The translations under genes were made by a program, and so were the position numbers. Positions 36,901 to 49,873 of a stretch of DNA of 64,000 nt are shown piece by piece. This stretch comes from Amoebophrya sp. A120 (Eukaryota; Protista; Dinoflagellata), in the NCBI GenBank assembly GCA_905178155.1, contig CAJINV010000001.1, forward strand, positions 6,889,794 to 6,953,793, in the 5' to 3' direction. The notes under the pieces were generated by a model. The model saw only the letters and a list, made by a program, of their open reading frames with translations. It ran no database searches and had not been told where the DNA came from. Numbering within the stretch: position 1 is the stretch's first letter; each line of letters starts with the position of its first letter.

Positions 36901-39900
36901 CTATTGCTCGCACGCAACGCGGTCGGAGACAATCTCGTTCCATTGTCGACGGAGGCCAGAAATTTTTCAACTTCGACTACCTTCGCTGAATTATGCTCTT
37001 TGCTCTTTGCGCCGCTTTCAACCTTTTCATCTTCCGTTGGCGAGTCTTTCTTCTCTCCTTCCTCGCTGTGCTTCGTCTCGGAGGGACTCCTATCAAATGC
37101 AAAAATGTCTGGGTCTGAGAGATTGCCAGGTTTGTCCTGCATATCTTGCATGACCAATGACGCCTGTAATGCATGCCCTAGCATTCCAGATTTTTGGAAG
37201 GCTTCCTGATGCTTATTCCGCATGAGAAATGCCCTCCCTGTGTAGCACAAACTGGACTCCTTTTGCTAGTCATGCAATGCAGGTTTTTTTGGAAAAAAAA
37301 GACAGCATCACAAGTTACCACCTTCCAGACCCAGACATTTTTGCGCTTGATAACTCCTGCTGCTGCAGAGCTCGTCCCAGCAGCTTCCCACCGGCACTTT
37401 CCGCAGGTCTTCGATTCCAGTTGGCCCAGCTGGTTTTTTGATGTTGCCTTCCTTCCCATCATCTCCCGACAACATCTCATCGCCTTTATTCTCCCCCAGT
37501 GCTGAGCTCGTCGTCCCGGCGGTGAAGTCCGGGTAGAGCGAGAAATCAAACACCACTTCCTCCTCCGACGAAGGTGTAAGTTGGTCGTCGTGCTCCTGGT
37601 AGAAGACGAAGGGTGCGGCGGTCCGAGATCCCAGACTCCCGCGGCGCACGCTGGAGTTCTTACTTTGATGCGAAGAAAACATGGACGATGCCGTAGTGGT
37701 GGAAAAGGGTACGGGCGGGACGCCGCCATACTTGGAACCAAACGCGGGCGCCCCTGCTCCGCGTGTACTACTACGAAAGGTGCTGTGACTTGTCGCATTA
37801 GTTGTTCTAGCAACATTGCTGAAGGATCCGTTTTTGCTGGCGTAGTTGTTACCGGACGCTTTATTCTTTCCCAGCATCCCCGAAGCACACTCGCCTTCGG
37901 AAACCGAGCTACCCTTGCCGCTGGCCACAGCTGCGCGAGAAGTTGTGTTCGTCCCTTGTCTCGTCGAAAGGCCGCTCCCTGATGTCCCAGCGTTACAACT
38001 GAAACTAGCCTTGCTTTTGCCTTCCTTCTTCTTCCCGCTGGAAACATTGTCGAGCGGCTCGAGGACGCTGCAATCCAGTGCGGAAGACGCCCGTTTTTTG
38101 TTCATCTCGCAAGTAGCAATAGTCGGTGGCAGTTCGACACTCTTCCGCCCTGTAGCGTCGCTGGCGACTGGGGTCAGAGACGCGGGTGTGCTAGTCTTCG
38201 ATCCACCTTTGCCTTTCTTCTTACTGCGCTTGGAGCGGACCTCCGCCCACCCGTCCTCCTCCTCGGTGGTAGGTTTCTTGTGCGGCGAGGCCTTGTTTTT
38301 CATCTTCCCCGGAGACGTAGTCGCTGCAGAGCCGCATACTTCAACAGTAGTTTTCTCCTGCTTTATTTCGCCACTTCCTTTAGCAATTACGGAAATGGAA
38401 TTTTCCTCGCTCGCCGCCGTGGTCCCCTCGTCTGTCGACGCAGACGAGAGGGTAGACGACGAAGTGGCCTCCGCGCCCGTTAGCGGATCATCGGTCAAAA
38501 TCTTTTCTGCTTCATCTTTTATGTCCACGGGAACGAACTGATTTTTGGCTCTTGCAGCTTTAGAACTACAAGTCTTCTGTTGGTTCGTCTCTTCGCTTTC
38601 ACCACCCTCCGTCTTTGGCGACGCTTCGTCAGTTTTGTCTTCTCCCTTTTGGAGACTGGAAGGCGCTTCGTCGCTGCTTGCCTCACCCATATGATCTGAC
38701 ACGGACGCGTCAGATATTAGTATTACCTCTTGCGCCTTTTTCACCTCTGCTGTTTTCTTTTCTTTGCCCGAACTCGTAGAGGTCGACGTTGTTGCTTTAT
38801 TCTTTGCAGCATCCGAACCCCCGGCTTCGTCCTTTGCTTTTTTCGACACAGGAGCAGCAACCCCACCTTTAGAAGTACTGGTCGCCCCAGCAGCTTCTTT
38901 CGAGTTTGTTTTCTTGCTTCCTGACTCGTGCGGAGAGGTGGTCGATGATGTATCTGATTTTTTCGATTTCTCCTCGCCCTTCTTCTCGATCGACGTACTA
39001 TCCTCCACCTCGCCAGGCGCGATTTCCGCACTGTTGGCCGCCGCATTCGCGTTTGTCGACGTTGACGTGGAAGCTTCTTCTTCGTCAACAACCTCGATGA
39101 TCGGATTATCCTCCTCTGCGGTGTCGCCACTGAATTGCTGGCAATTGTGAATAAACTGCAGCAAAGCCACGTCGTTCGCCGTCAAACGCTGCAGGGCTGG
39201 CGGTAGACCCTTGGTCCCCGGCCGCACCGGGAGCTGCACCGGGGCGTTGCTGTTTTTGTAGTAAGGCCGCTGCTGGTGTTGCGGATGCTGCTGCTGCTGC
39301 TGGGATTGATCGAGCAAAGCCTGATGATAACCGTTGTTCATGCTGCCGTACGTTTTCGCGTTCAAGCTGCCACCGTTCATCATGGTGCTTGACTTTCCCC
39401 AAGAGTTGTAGCCCTGCTTACCGGCGTGCAGCTCTCCTTTCGCAGCTGCACCTTCTCCCTTGTGCGCTGACATTATGTTGGAAGTACAACTACCCTTGCT
39501 CGACTTCTGCAAGAGCGCCTGCTTCGACTGCCAGTAGTAGTCTTTTCCCGTGCTGTCTTTACCAGCATGGTACACCCATGATTGTTGTTGCGAACCAGCA
39601 GCAGCATCCTTGTCAACACCGGTGACGTCGTGATTTCTTTTTCCGGCCCCGTAAACTACTGCCCCGCTGTCCTTGCCGTGCTCGGAAGCCGCGACCGCTT
39701 TATTTGCAGATGCGGCGGACGCAGCACCGTTGTGACTTTCGTATTCGTAGTCGTCGTCAGGCGAAGACGCATTGCTGTGATGTTGTTTCGAGGACCCTGC
39801 GTATGCGTGCCACTGCTCCGAAGAAGACCGCTCTCCTGAGGCCTTGCTACCTTTTCCGTAATCTTGCCAAGTAGAAGACTCGTGCCACTTTTCTCTGCTT

Positions 39901-42900
39901 GTTGTGCCTTTTGATGTTGTTCCTTGCACGAGTTGTCCGTGATTATTATACTGTTCGTAGCCATGATAAGATGTGGCTGCAGATCCTTTATTTATCGCCC
40001 CTGCCATCATGGCTCCTCTAGAAGTTGTGCCTGGCGTGGTTGCTGCTACGCCGTCTTTCGACGCATTGTGGTGGTGATTGTACTGACTTCCTTTCGTTTC
40101 CGCTGCACTAGGAGCTCCTGTGTTGTACGCACTACTTCCAGCACCGCCTCCTTTACCTCCTTTACCGCTCCAACAATTGCTCAATCCGTGCTTCCCTGCG
40201 CCGTGACCGCTATACGCAGCTTTATTCGTGCCGTGCATGTAGTAGTAATCACCATTATTTTTCCCACCGCCAGACGCAGTTCCAGAGCTCGTTGCGGAAG
40301 AGGAAGTGGAATAACTCCACTCCTCTTGCTCTCCAGACGAGGAAACCGGTGAACTTTTCAAGTGCTGCATCTTGCTATGCTGCACTACTGCTGCACCTCC
40401 TGCGCCTTCTCCCTTGCTCGACTCGACAGCATAAGCGGCGGAGCCCTTGCCACCACCTTTTGCTTTGACCTGCTCATAACCCGCATTATACGCGTGACCG
40501 CCACTTGTGCTGCTTGCGCCGTCGGAAGAAGCAGCATTCACTTGTTTTCCGTTCTTCCCATCCTTACCCGTACCTTTCTGCGCAGCTGCCCAAGCTGCGC
40601 CTGCCTTTGACAAACTCCCGCCCTTGGCGGAAGCAGCACTCGCGGCAGCCGAGGAACTTGCTCCACCTGCTCCTGCACCGTACGACGAAGTACTAGAGTT
40701 GTGCATAAATTGCAGTTCGCTGTTGTAGTAACTAGAATTTCCGCCTTTTGCGGAGCCGTTCTTGTCGCGCGGAAGCCGTTGCGACGACGCGCCATACTGC
40801 TCCGAAGTTGAAGTCGATCCGTAAGTATTCATCTCGTGCTTTCCGCCTTTTCCGATCGTTGTACATGATCCCGCACCAGCATACTTCCCGTAGTGGTTGT
40901 GCTTCCCCTGCTGCGCTCCTTTCATGGTCGACGTCCCCTTGTTGTATTCTTTCTCGTGACCGCCACCACCTCCATGCTGCCCGGCCGTGACCGGAGCAGG
41001 AGGTAAATTCCAACCGCCGGCTTTCAGCATCAGTTCCTCCTTTTTCCTTTCTGCACTAGTATACCTTTTCGCGGCCGAGCTGTCTTTGCCATCGCTCATC
41101 ACGACCCACTTTTCGGTCGGACCAAAGGAAACGTGCCGGCCGCGGGGGCCAGATTTCGTCCGGGGTGTCGTTGTGTCCTTCATGATCCCACCCCGCGGTG
41201 TGGTAGTGGAGCACGCGATCTTCAACTTGCCTCCGATTTTACTGTTTGCACCAATCGTCCCGTTGCCGTACCGACCGGAGTCGCGATTGACATTCATTTT
41301 TCCGTTGCTTCCGCCATAAAGATTTTCCTGTAAATAATCCAATTCCTCCTCCGTATCGCTTCCAGTGATGTCCTCTTCCTGTTCTTCGGTACTGTCCGGT
41401 TCGCAGCAATCTTCGTTGTAGTTTACGTTCTCGTCAAAGTTGATATCTTCAAAGTCGGGCGGCGGGGGCGGGGAAACAGACTGGTCGTCAGTTTCCTGAA
41501 GAGCACTAGTGCCTTGCTGCTCTAGCACCGCGGTCGGCAGCTGCGAAGCCGCAACGACCGCGACGTGGCTGGGGGCAGCGCCCGCTGAAGCGCTAGAAGT
41601 ACAACCCGCGCTAGCTGCTGCACCACTAGCCGCAAGTAACCCCGCCGCGGCCGCGGCACTAGTGTTGTAAATATCGTGGTGCTGCTGCACGGCAGAAAGC
41701 GGCACGGCAATGGGCACGCCGGTAGTTGTCGCGTCGTGCTGCTGGGCGGTTACTGCGTGCTGCAGGGCTTGCTGGAGCTGGTAGGCGTTACTATCGTACG
41801 TCGTGTAGTACCCCGCACCTCCCGTCGTGTACGCGGACGCGTCGTAAAGCTCGGACTCCGCCGAAACCGGGTACATCATCATCGTGTTCGGGTCGTAAAG
41901 CATGCACTGGTGGTGCGTAGTCGGAGCAGGTACCTGCTAGTAGTGTGCTTCGGTGTCTCTTTTCTGTAGTCTCATCGACGTAAGCAACATCCTTCGAGGG
42001 ATATAAACGTCATTCATCTTGTTCCTAGTATACTTTCATCGATTGAGTATTAACAAGTACACTTTTGCAAATCTGTCAAAAGGAAAACAGTATTTGGTAC
42101 CACCGTGGTTGCAGCTGGATAAGAGACCAACAGAGGATAAGACACATCCCCCGGGGGATACACGTAATGCAGCTGCGTGGCATGATCCACCGTCATCCAT
42201 TTGTCGTCCTCTGTCGCATCGAACGCGGTTATGGCCTGCGGCGGCGACACCGCGGTGGCCATGTCAATGTCGCCATAGTGATAGGCTTGGCTCCCGTTTG
42301 GCTGCCACACCGGAAAACTGTAGTTCGTGTGCGTGGATCCGGTTGCAGCCGTCGCAGTGGCGGCTTTTTTCTGCCGCGTCTGGGCGGCGCGCTGCTGCAG
42401 GTACGTGGGAACGGCCGGGGGGCCCTGTATTTTCGTTTTTGATTTAGACCAAAAAGAAGCAGCATGTCAACGAAGAACCAAAGCACTAGTATCCTGAACA
42501 ACTGCATTCGCATTTGCATTTTCTGTTCTTCGTTCCTCTGAAAAGAACAAAAGGCGAAAAATGCAGTACCGACAAATCGGGCGCTTTTGCGGGCTTGCTC
42601 GGAGTGGCAATCGCAGCGGCTGGACCTACGTCCACGGTTGGCTTGTTATTTTCCCCCGGCGGTGGGACAAACTTTTTCACTTTCGTGGATTTCAAACTCG
42701 CGGCAGAGGAAGACGACCCTCCGCCACTCGCCGCGGCACCAGCGGACACTGCGTGCTTACTCATCGTACCCATCTTCGCGGCAAACCGGCTCGCTCCGGA
42801 GGTTGTTTTGGGGTGGACTAGTTTCGTCTTCGAGGTGGCTATCGGGGTCTTGTGCAGGAGGTCAAGTTTCGAAGAAGTTCTCGTTTTAGTATTCACGCCA

Positions 42901-43088
42901 GATGATCTTGGAGGTGGTATTTCGGGCAAAGGTTTGAGGTCTTCTTTCCTGCGGGTAGAAGTTGTAGTTCGATTCGAAACATCGTCATCGTGGTTTAGCA
43001 AGGCCGCCGCACAGATCTGTTCGGCAACTTGACTCCCGAGTAACGCACACGCGTCGTCGTCTTCACCCAAAACCTCAACTACCTCCAT
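33901..43088 (-). CDS. Very large multi-exon protein: long low-complexity N-terminus plus C-terminal CDIN1/C15orf41-like (TPD, PD-(D/E)XK-type) domain; contains E3, E4 and E5
   Basis: Exons join in frame through GT-AG introns (~42425-42570, 41934-42100, 35845-36025, 35048-35188) and precise element excision; one junction near 35600-35670 is ambiguous. C-terminus PTPDFLFLEP...WFDSKA...QFDNYVRCFGPGVVIW..GF. Start codon uncertain. Confidence 0.65.
34391..34644. mobile_element. TIR element / introner E3 (254 bp), TSD ATCGG
   Basis: TATGCATTGCAAATATGTCTGGGTCCGGAAA...TTTCCAGACCCAGACATATTTGCATTTGATA; ATCGG at 34386-34390 and 34645-34649. Confidence 0.95.
34686..34947. mobile_element. TIR element / introner E4 (262 bp), TSD CTCCC
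   Basis: TATCAAATGCAAAAATGTCTGGGTCTGGAA...TTCCAGACCCAGACATTTTTACAATCCATA; CTCCC at 34681-34685 and 34948-34952. Confidence 0.95.
37091..37352. mobile_element. TIR element / introner E5 (262 bp), TSD ACTCC
   Basis: TATCAAATGCAAAAATGTCTGGGTCTGAGA...TTCCAGACCCAGACATTTTTGCGCTTGATA; ACTCC at 37086-37090 and 37353-37357; excision fuses ORFs 37308-41903 and 35841-37250 (CSSRS|PSETK). Confidence 0.95.
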
Positions 43089-44330
43089 CGAAGAGACGTT
43101 GGTGACTCCTGCTCTATCAGATGCCAGCTGCTGCCACGCCTTGTGGTACAAGTGGAAGATTAGTTTACCTTTCGCTTCTCGCTACTTCAATTTCTGCCTA
43201 TGGAATCGTTTCATTGTTTTTGCTCCGTGTGGTATTGTATCTATGCTGGTGTCGTGTTCCAAATGTCGCTCGTCTACAACGAAACCCATTCTTTCGTCCG
43301 TGATTTCATCGCTCCCTCGGCGTGCCGTGCTCGAGAGTGGTTCTTCTTTTGCAGTATTTTTGCAGGCGTTTGTCGACATCTCCGAAAAGCCGCCGCGTGC
43401 TCGATTTTTAATATTCCGGAAGGAAGGATAGTAAGTGTGCTCGCCGCCTCGACGGAACGAAGTCGGCGCTGTTCCGCGGGGTTGTTATTGGGAGTAGTCG
43501 CGCAGTTCGAAAAAGAGAGCGTAGTCAAGAGGAAGCCTTCCGATCTCGTGTTCCAGATGGAGATACGTCAAACCCAGGCCCGGTGTCAGGCGATAACGCC
43601 TTTGCCATTCATGGGTATTCAGGTGTGGAAGATAGATGTCTTGTTTCAATTTAGATGTACTTACTTTCGTTATGGTATGAAAACCACTCAAAGTGTAGAC
43701 TTTTGTTTCTGAAAATTTTCGGTATTGAAGACAGCAAAGCACATCTTCAAAGAAGATGTGCGTCAACTAAAACCTAAAACAAAATTCGTACACGAAATTC
43801 AAATTTCAAGTGTGTTTCATCAACAAATCATCATTCTAATTGCGGCATGCTCAGGCTACTACTCAATACTTGTCAGATTCTTCTTTCATACTTTTACTCG
43901 TTGTCTACTTATGTTGGCTGCCGAGACGAGTCGTGCAAGAAACAAAATAGGTCGGATCATTCATCGTCAGTTTCGGTAATCAGAATCAGTGTCGACATGG
44001 AAATTGTTGATTCGCGCACGCAGAACATGAAATCCATCCTCATCTACGTCTTCGAAATGATACAGCCAAAAAAACAACGGAACATCGTTTCGAAAGCACT
44101 GGATGAGTGATATCTGTGCAGGTAGTGCTGTCACCTTCTTCTCGACGCCATCGAAGGCACTATCGCTGTCAAGTTTGCAAATGCAAGTTCTCAGAATGGG
44201 GCCACCGTCCAAGTAGGAGGTACAGCCCTACAACAAGGGTCCAGCAGGCAAAAGGACATTAGCACTGAATTTTCTCTCGGGTCACAGAACGCAGATGTTG
44301 ATGTGAAGAAGTTTCATCGCGACTTTCTGT

Positions 44331-47300
44331 CTACGCCACCAAGCCATCTGCACCCCCAGAAACAAGATCGTTTCGTGCCGTAATTGGCGTTTTTACGGCT
44401 TCCGAAATTCGCGCCAGCCGCTCCTCGATTCGAGACACGTACTCGTCCACCCTCCGCAAGTCGTTTGTGCCCAGGTCCGCCAGCTTGCTGTTTGGCGAGG
44501 AGGAGGACGGCACCCGCGGCGTCTCGTAGTCAGGAACTGGCGAGAAGGGGACGGAAGCTGTGTCGTACCGGTTTTGGTCTTCCTCTAGCTGTTCAAGTTC
44601 GTCCATGTAGTCGCGGTGGCTCAACTGCGCGTGCAGCGGACGATTACCACTAGTACGCATGTTGATTTTCGGTGAATCTGGGAGGTCAAACTGCAACCTT
44701 TTCGCATTACTATTCGCGAGCGGAGGTGGTATCAGTCCGAGTTCTTGTTGGCTTTGGTGCAAACTTCTCAAGTCGTAGTCGGATAGATTTTGCATGTCGC
44801 TGAGAGAAGAGTGGACCCGGGGAGGTGGCGGTGGGGCGTAATTTGACTTTGCACTGTAGTTCCGCGGTGCTTGCAGCTTTGACGGGGGAAACGCAGCTCC
44901 TGTAGGTGCTGCATTCTGGCGGTTTGCGTTGTTTCGCTCCTGCCAACCAGGCGGCGGTTGCATTTTCGACGGGGACAAAAAACTTACTGCCGCACTGTTA
45001 TTATTCCTAGTGTTCATGATGCCCTGCTGCCGGAGTAGCCGCGCAGCTAACGTGGTCGACTGCTCGCCGGTGTTGATTGCGGTGAGCGGATTCATTTTTG
45101 TGTTGTTTTTCGGAAGAGAGTCGTACACGCTGTTGTTGTACCCCTGGCCGACATACGACGCTAAAATGCTCGAGCTCCCGACCACTTGGCGCTGTGGCGG
45201 GTACATCGACTTCGCGTTGCTTATGGGCAACATCGTAACGTCTCCTCGATCGGCTCTGCTTGTCCCCCGCGCTCGTGGGTTGATGCGTATCGGAGAGTCC
45301 TCCGACGGAACAATCTCCGTTGGGTTTTTCAGCTGCGCGAGGGTTTGCGGGGAGTTGTTTGGAGGTATCCGCCTTCTCTCGAGAATCTCCGCAACCAGAT
45401 GGGAAACCGGCTTGGTTGAAAGCGATTTGGAATCCGGGGACGCAACGAGCTCCTGGTTTATTTCCTCTTTCGGAAGCGGCAGCTGCATGCGCAAAACGTC
45501 GTTGCTGACACAAGATCCGTTGACTTTCACTTCTGCTTCCACAAGATCTGACATCCTGGTCGTCGACCGCAGCGGCAAATCCTCTAGCGCACTGTCGTCC
45601 ACCAGAACGCGATCTTTTTCCAGCGTGTCCTCCTTCTTTACCTCGCTCGACTGTCGCGGGGCGGAAAGCGTGTCGCCAGGATTTAGTTGCAACCCGTGGA
45701 AGAAACTGCTTCTCTGGCTGCTCACACTCCCTTCCGGGATGTTGATTGGGGCACCGCGACGTCTAGAGCCGGTGTCCTCGTTCGCATGATTTACTCGCTC
45801 GACGTTGACACCATTTATTTTCCCGTCCAGTTGTGTCGGCGATGGCTCTACCAAAGGAGGGCCGATGTTTTTGTTGAAAGTAGGGAAATTTTGATTTTCC
45901 TCCAAAAACGCCGGCGTTTCGTCGTCAATCAGCGGCGCGGGAGGCAGTACAGGAGGTCCATGCATGTCCACGACTTCTGGCGACGCCAATGGTAGGTCTA
46001 CTTCTCCCAATATCCTCGTGGAGTTTAGGTTCTTCTCACTTTCCTCCGGGACCGCGGTGCCATTTGCCTCGGTGTCAGTGTTGGCAACGACCCCAACTTC
46101 GGGCGTCTTCAAGCCATCTTCTGGGGGTTGAACCTTCATACTTTCTTGCACTTTCCTGTGCTTCTCGACCACCGCGCTACCGCCCGACAACTTTCTTCCG
46201 CGGTGCGAGGAGTAGCTCGGCCGCTTTTTCTTTCCCTCCGGCGTCTCTGCGTTCGAGCTCTTCCGTCCTGGCATCTTCTTGCGCAAACTCGGCACCGGAG
46301 GCCGCGACGCCGCAGAGGGCGTTTTCTCCTCGCTGGGTCCACCCGCTCGCAGCTCCCTGTTCGCAGCTGGTGCGCCCCCATTCGCGACACCAACCGCCGC
46401 TCGACTCGCCGCCCGCGCCCTGCTCGCGTAAGAATTGCTTTCCTTGCTTTGCGTGCGCGAGGACTGCCGCGAGGAGTTCGACGTCGCGCTTTGCGGTTTC
46501 GAGCCGCGACTTCTTCCGGGACGCGAGTAGGCATCGCCGCTTCTCTTCGGGATCGGTGCCGCTTTCGGTGGACAGCTGCCCGAAGATGCCGCAGCTACTT
46601 CATCTGGCAGTGGCGGGGGCCCCGGCACTGGCCGCTGCTGTAGTGCGTCGTTCACCGGAGCACCACCTTCGTTTTCCTTGCCTCTCGCACTGACCCCAGA
46701 TACTAACCTGCTCGAGGTCGCCCCCGAAGAACTATTGGAACTCGCGTTCCTCGCTCTCCTTTCCGTTTCAATCCGCTCGTGTTCCGCGCGGATTCGCCGG
46801 ACAACCTCCTCGTAGGGCTCTTCGTTAACTACTGCGTCTACTTTCTTCGCCGGGCTACCTGCAAACCCTCCGCCGAGATGAAACTGCTCTTCCGTGACCG
46901 AATGCACCGACTTCACCAGATTGGTACCCTTCGAACTCGTGCCGCTGCTGGTGATCAAGGGCGGGAAAACGCTGTCGGAGACGACTGGAGTGGCGTGAGG
47001 AGGATCTCGCGGCTCACGACTGTGCACGCCGACGAACATGTGGTTGACCACGGAGGGATTGTTGTTTAGATTATTCATGGCAGCCCCCCTGGCGCTGTTA
47101 ATCACACTCCCGGGTTGCGAGCTTGCGGAGTGGCTCAGCATAGTGCCCCGCGGTGGAAGTGCACCCGGAGCAGCAGCCACAGGCAACGGCCCGACTGGCA
47201 CCTCCGCGACCACCTGCTCTTCCAGATTGCGCGCGGCGTTGGACAGCATCTCACTCATCATATAGAACATGTTCGCCTGCAGCATATTCACGACTCTTCG

Positions 47301-48776
47301 TTGCTCCCCCACAGGCGCAATTGCGCCGTCGGTCCCGGTTCCTGTCAGGTGGGACAAGTAGCTACTGCGGCTGTTCGACGCGGATTGCAGCTGGTGCTGG
47401 TTAGTGTGCACCGCATGCTGGGAATTGGACGAGGAGCTACTATTCCTGGTGGGAGACACCACGTTCTTCCTTGGGCGATTTTCGATGTGCAGTGCCCGCG
47501 TCGCGTAGCTCAAGCTGTGGATGGACTCCTCCGCGAAGACGGGGGAGATGCAGGTGATGAACAAACAGTAGCTGTTCCCGCCGAAAGCGTCGGACAGCAG
47601 CTCGGTCAATTTGCTGTTCCGGTACGGAATGTGACCAGACCGCGTTTCCTTTCCCGAAAGCGCGAGGATGACCTGTTTTGATTCGGCATCGACGATCATG
47701 AAGAAGAAAATCTGAGTGATACAGTACTTCACACACTTTTTCAGCTCAAACTGCATGCTTTCATCACAGGCCCATAGCTAGGGAAAGGAATAGGGTATAA
47801 AATCTTCGCGCTTCGTCTCCAAAAGAAGTACCTGTGCCAGCGTAAACAGCGATTTGTTGATCGACTGCGCCTCCTGCAGTTGTCCTCCTTGCGCCTTTGA
47901 CGTTTTCACGCGCTCCGACCCAGCGAGGTCCACGAACTGAAATTTCGCTAACTTCCCGCTCGCGCTTTCCACGTACAAAGTGAAAATGGAATGCGATCGA
48001 GAGCTCCGTTCGTTCAGTTCCGTCTTACTCGTTCGCCGGTACTTCGCACCCTCCTGCAAGACGCAAATCGCGTCTTCCACCGTGTCACACTCCACACAGG
48101 TGAGGTCTGACACAAACGGAACTTGTTCGTTGCTGTAGCGGATTTGCAAGGAGGTCTTTTGAACCGGCTCTAGCAAATCCGTAATCACCTCGTTCACCTG
48201 ACCGCTGGTGTTCGCGATTTCGAGGAAGGACGCACGAATTTTCACTGGAACAGAGTTCGTATTCTCCGCATTCAGCAACCTTTTTTCGTACAGCGTTTGA
48301 ATACACCGGGGTAAGAGGCCGTCCAGCTGGTGCGTCTTTTCGCCAAGGAGGGTGTGCGTCTTCCCGGACCCCGTCTGCCCGTAGGCGATCAAAGTAGCGT
48401 GGTAGCCTCGAAGAACAACGTCGACGAGGGAACTGCAATGGGGTATCAATTGTTTGAATTCGAGATCTACTGTTGTGCGGCAGCAATTATTGAACTCTTC
48501 ACTGAATAAAGCCAAAGCGTTTCGAGAAGATAAATCACGAACTACTAGTGCCATCAATCAAGTATACTCGATCTCCATCCTCTTCGCAGTGTCGGCCTGG
48601 TCTGCTTCTGGGCCGATGATTTGCGGGAGACCCACGAATTCCCGACCGTCTCCCGTCATGGGGTCCTCGACGAGCACCGTGTTTTTCTGTATGTGCACGC
48701 ATTCCGTTCGATCCTGCTCCCGCAGCAGCCGCGGGCGGACGCGAACCGCGCAACGAAACGTGTTCTGGTTCATCAT
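44331..48776 (-). CDS. Kinesin (N-terminal motor) with long disordered tail; multi-exon
   Basis: AVRVRP, AYGQTGSGKTHT, NERSSRSHSIF, FVDLAGSER, INKSLFTL, HIPYRNSKLTELL. Confidence 0.92.
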
Positions 48777-49873
48777 CCTTTCTTTTCGTGTAGGTGTATC
48801 AACTTGTAAAAAAACCGCGCACAAAGAACTGGGTTGTTGCACGGACCGATTTGTTGCCTCTACTTTGCTCCTCAAACAGCTTCGCTCCTTGTTCAACTAA
48901 GCGACAAGAAAAAGAGACGCACACCTCTCTGCAGCGGTCTGTGTCTGTCTCTCCTGCGCAGCTTGCACTCAAACGATGAAACCCGAAAATGAAGAGGAAC
49001 GACTCAGACACGACAAGGGTACTCACGCATTTTTGATGGTGTCTCGCCTCGAGCAGGACACTCCAACGATTTCCTTGGAAGGAGACGTACGAAGAAAAAA
49101 ATTCTATTTCATCGACCAATTGCGACGCGGCGGACTTACGCTGCCTGTAGAACGATCTTCATGATCATTGAAATCACTGAATAAACTGGAATCTGTTTTC
49201 TGCAATGTTAGTGTCACAGCTTTTTCATACTCTTTTCGCATTATTCTCACAGTTCTCAACACATCGGCAAAAGCATTTCCGATCGCACGATTTGCGAGTA
49301 GCCACTCACATTTTCATTTCCAACATGCAGGGTACATTTATTGAATACCTACCATGGAACTAGCAAAACTGGACTCTGCGTTTGTAGTCAGTAGATTTAG
49401 CGGCATACTTAAATAATCGTCAGACTCAGAAGGAAGTAATCCAAGCGAACCACCTCCGAGTCTCACCTCCTCTTCACTAGATTTGTTCGCTTGGAAATTT
49501 TTTTTCCGTAAATGCAAAAGGTCTCTTCATCACGTCGAGGCCCCAAAACTGATTCATATCGTATTGACATGGCCTAAACATTCTTTTCGCAATAATTCTA
49601 CTCGTCAGCACCCCAGAACGCCTCACTTCCCAAAGGAGGTCCAACCCCTGGTCGCGCGCTGAAGGACTGCAGAAGCGTGCCATTCATGCCGTAACTTGGC
49701 GTCCTTGGCGAATTCAACTGAGATTGAGTCTCCTCTTTAATCGGCGAGTGCAGCATTTTCGCTTCACGAGCCTGCATTTCGTTCGTGTTTTCGGTTTTCT
49801 CGTTGCGTATAAAAAAATCATGAAATGAAAATCTATTTCGTTTGAATTTAGTTGTTAAATCAAATCGAGCAAT

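Noticed and set aside
43182-43184. In-frame TAG between ORFs 43182-43379 and 42486-43151 (stop readthrough or recoding?)
   Set aside because: Single case in unconserved, probably 5' non-coding sequence; TAG is a true stop elsewhere (UBC4, NAA50)
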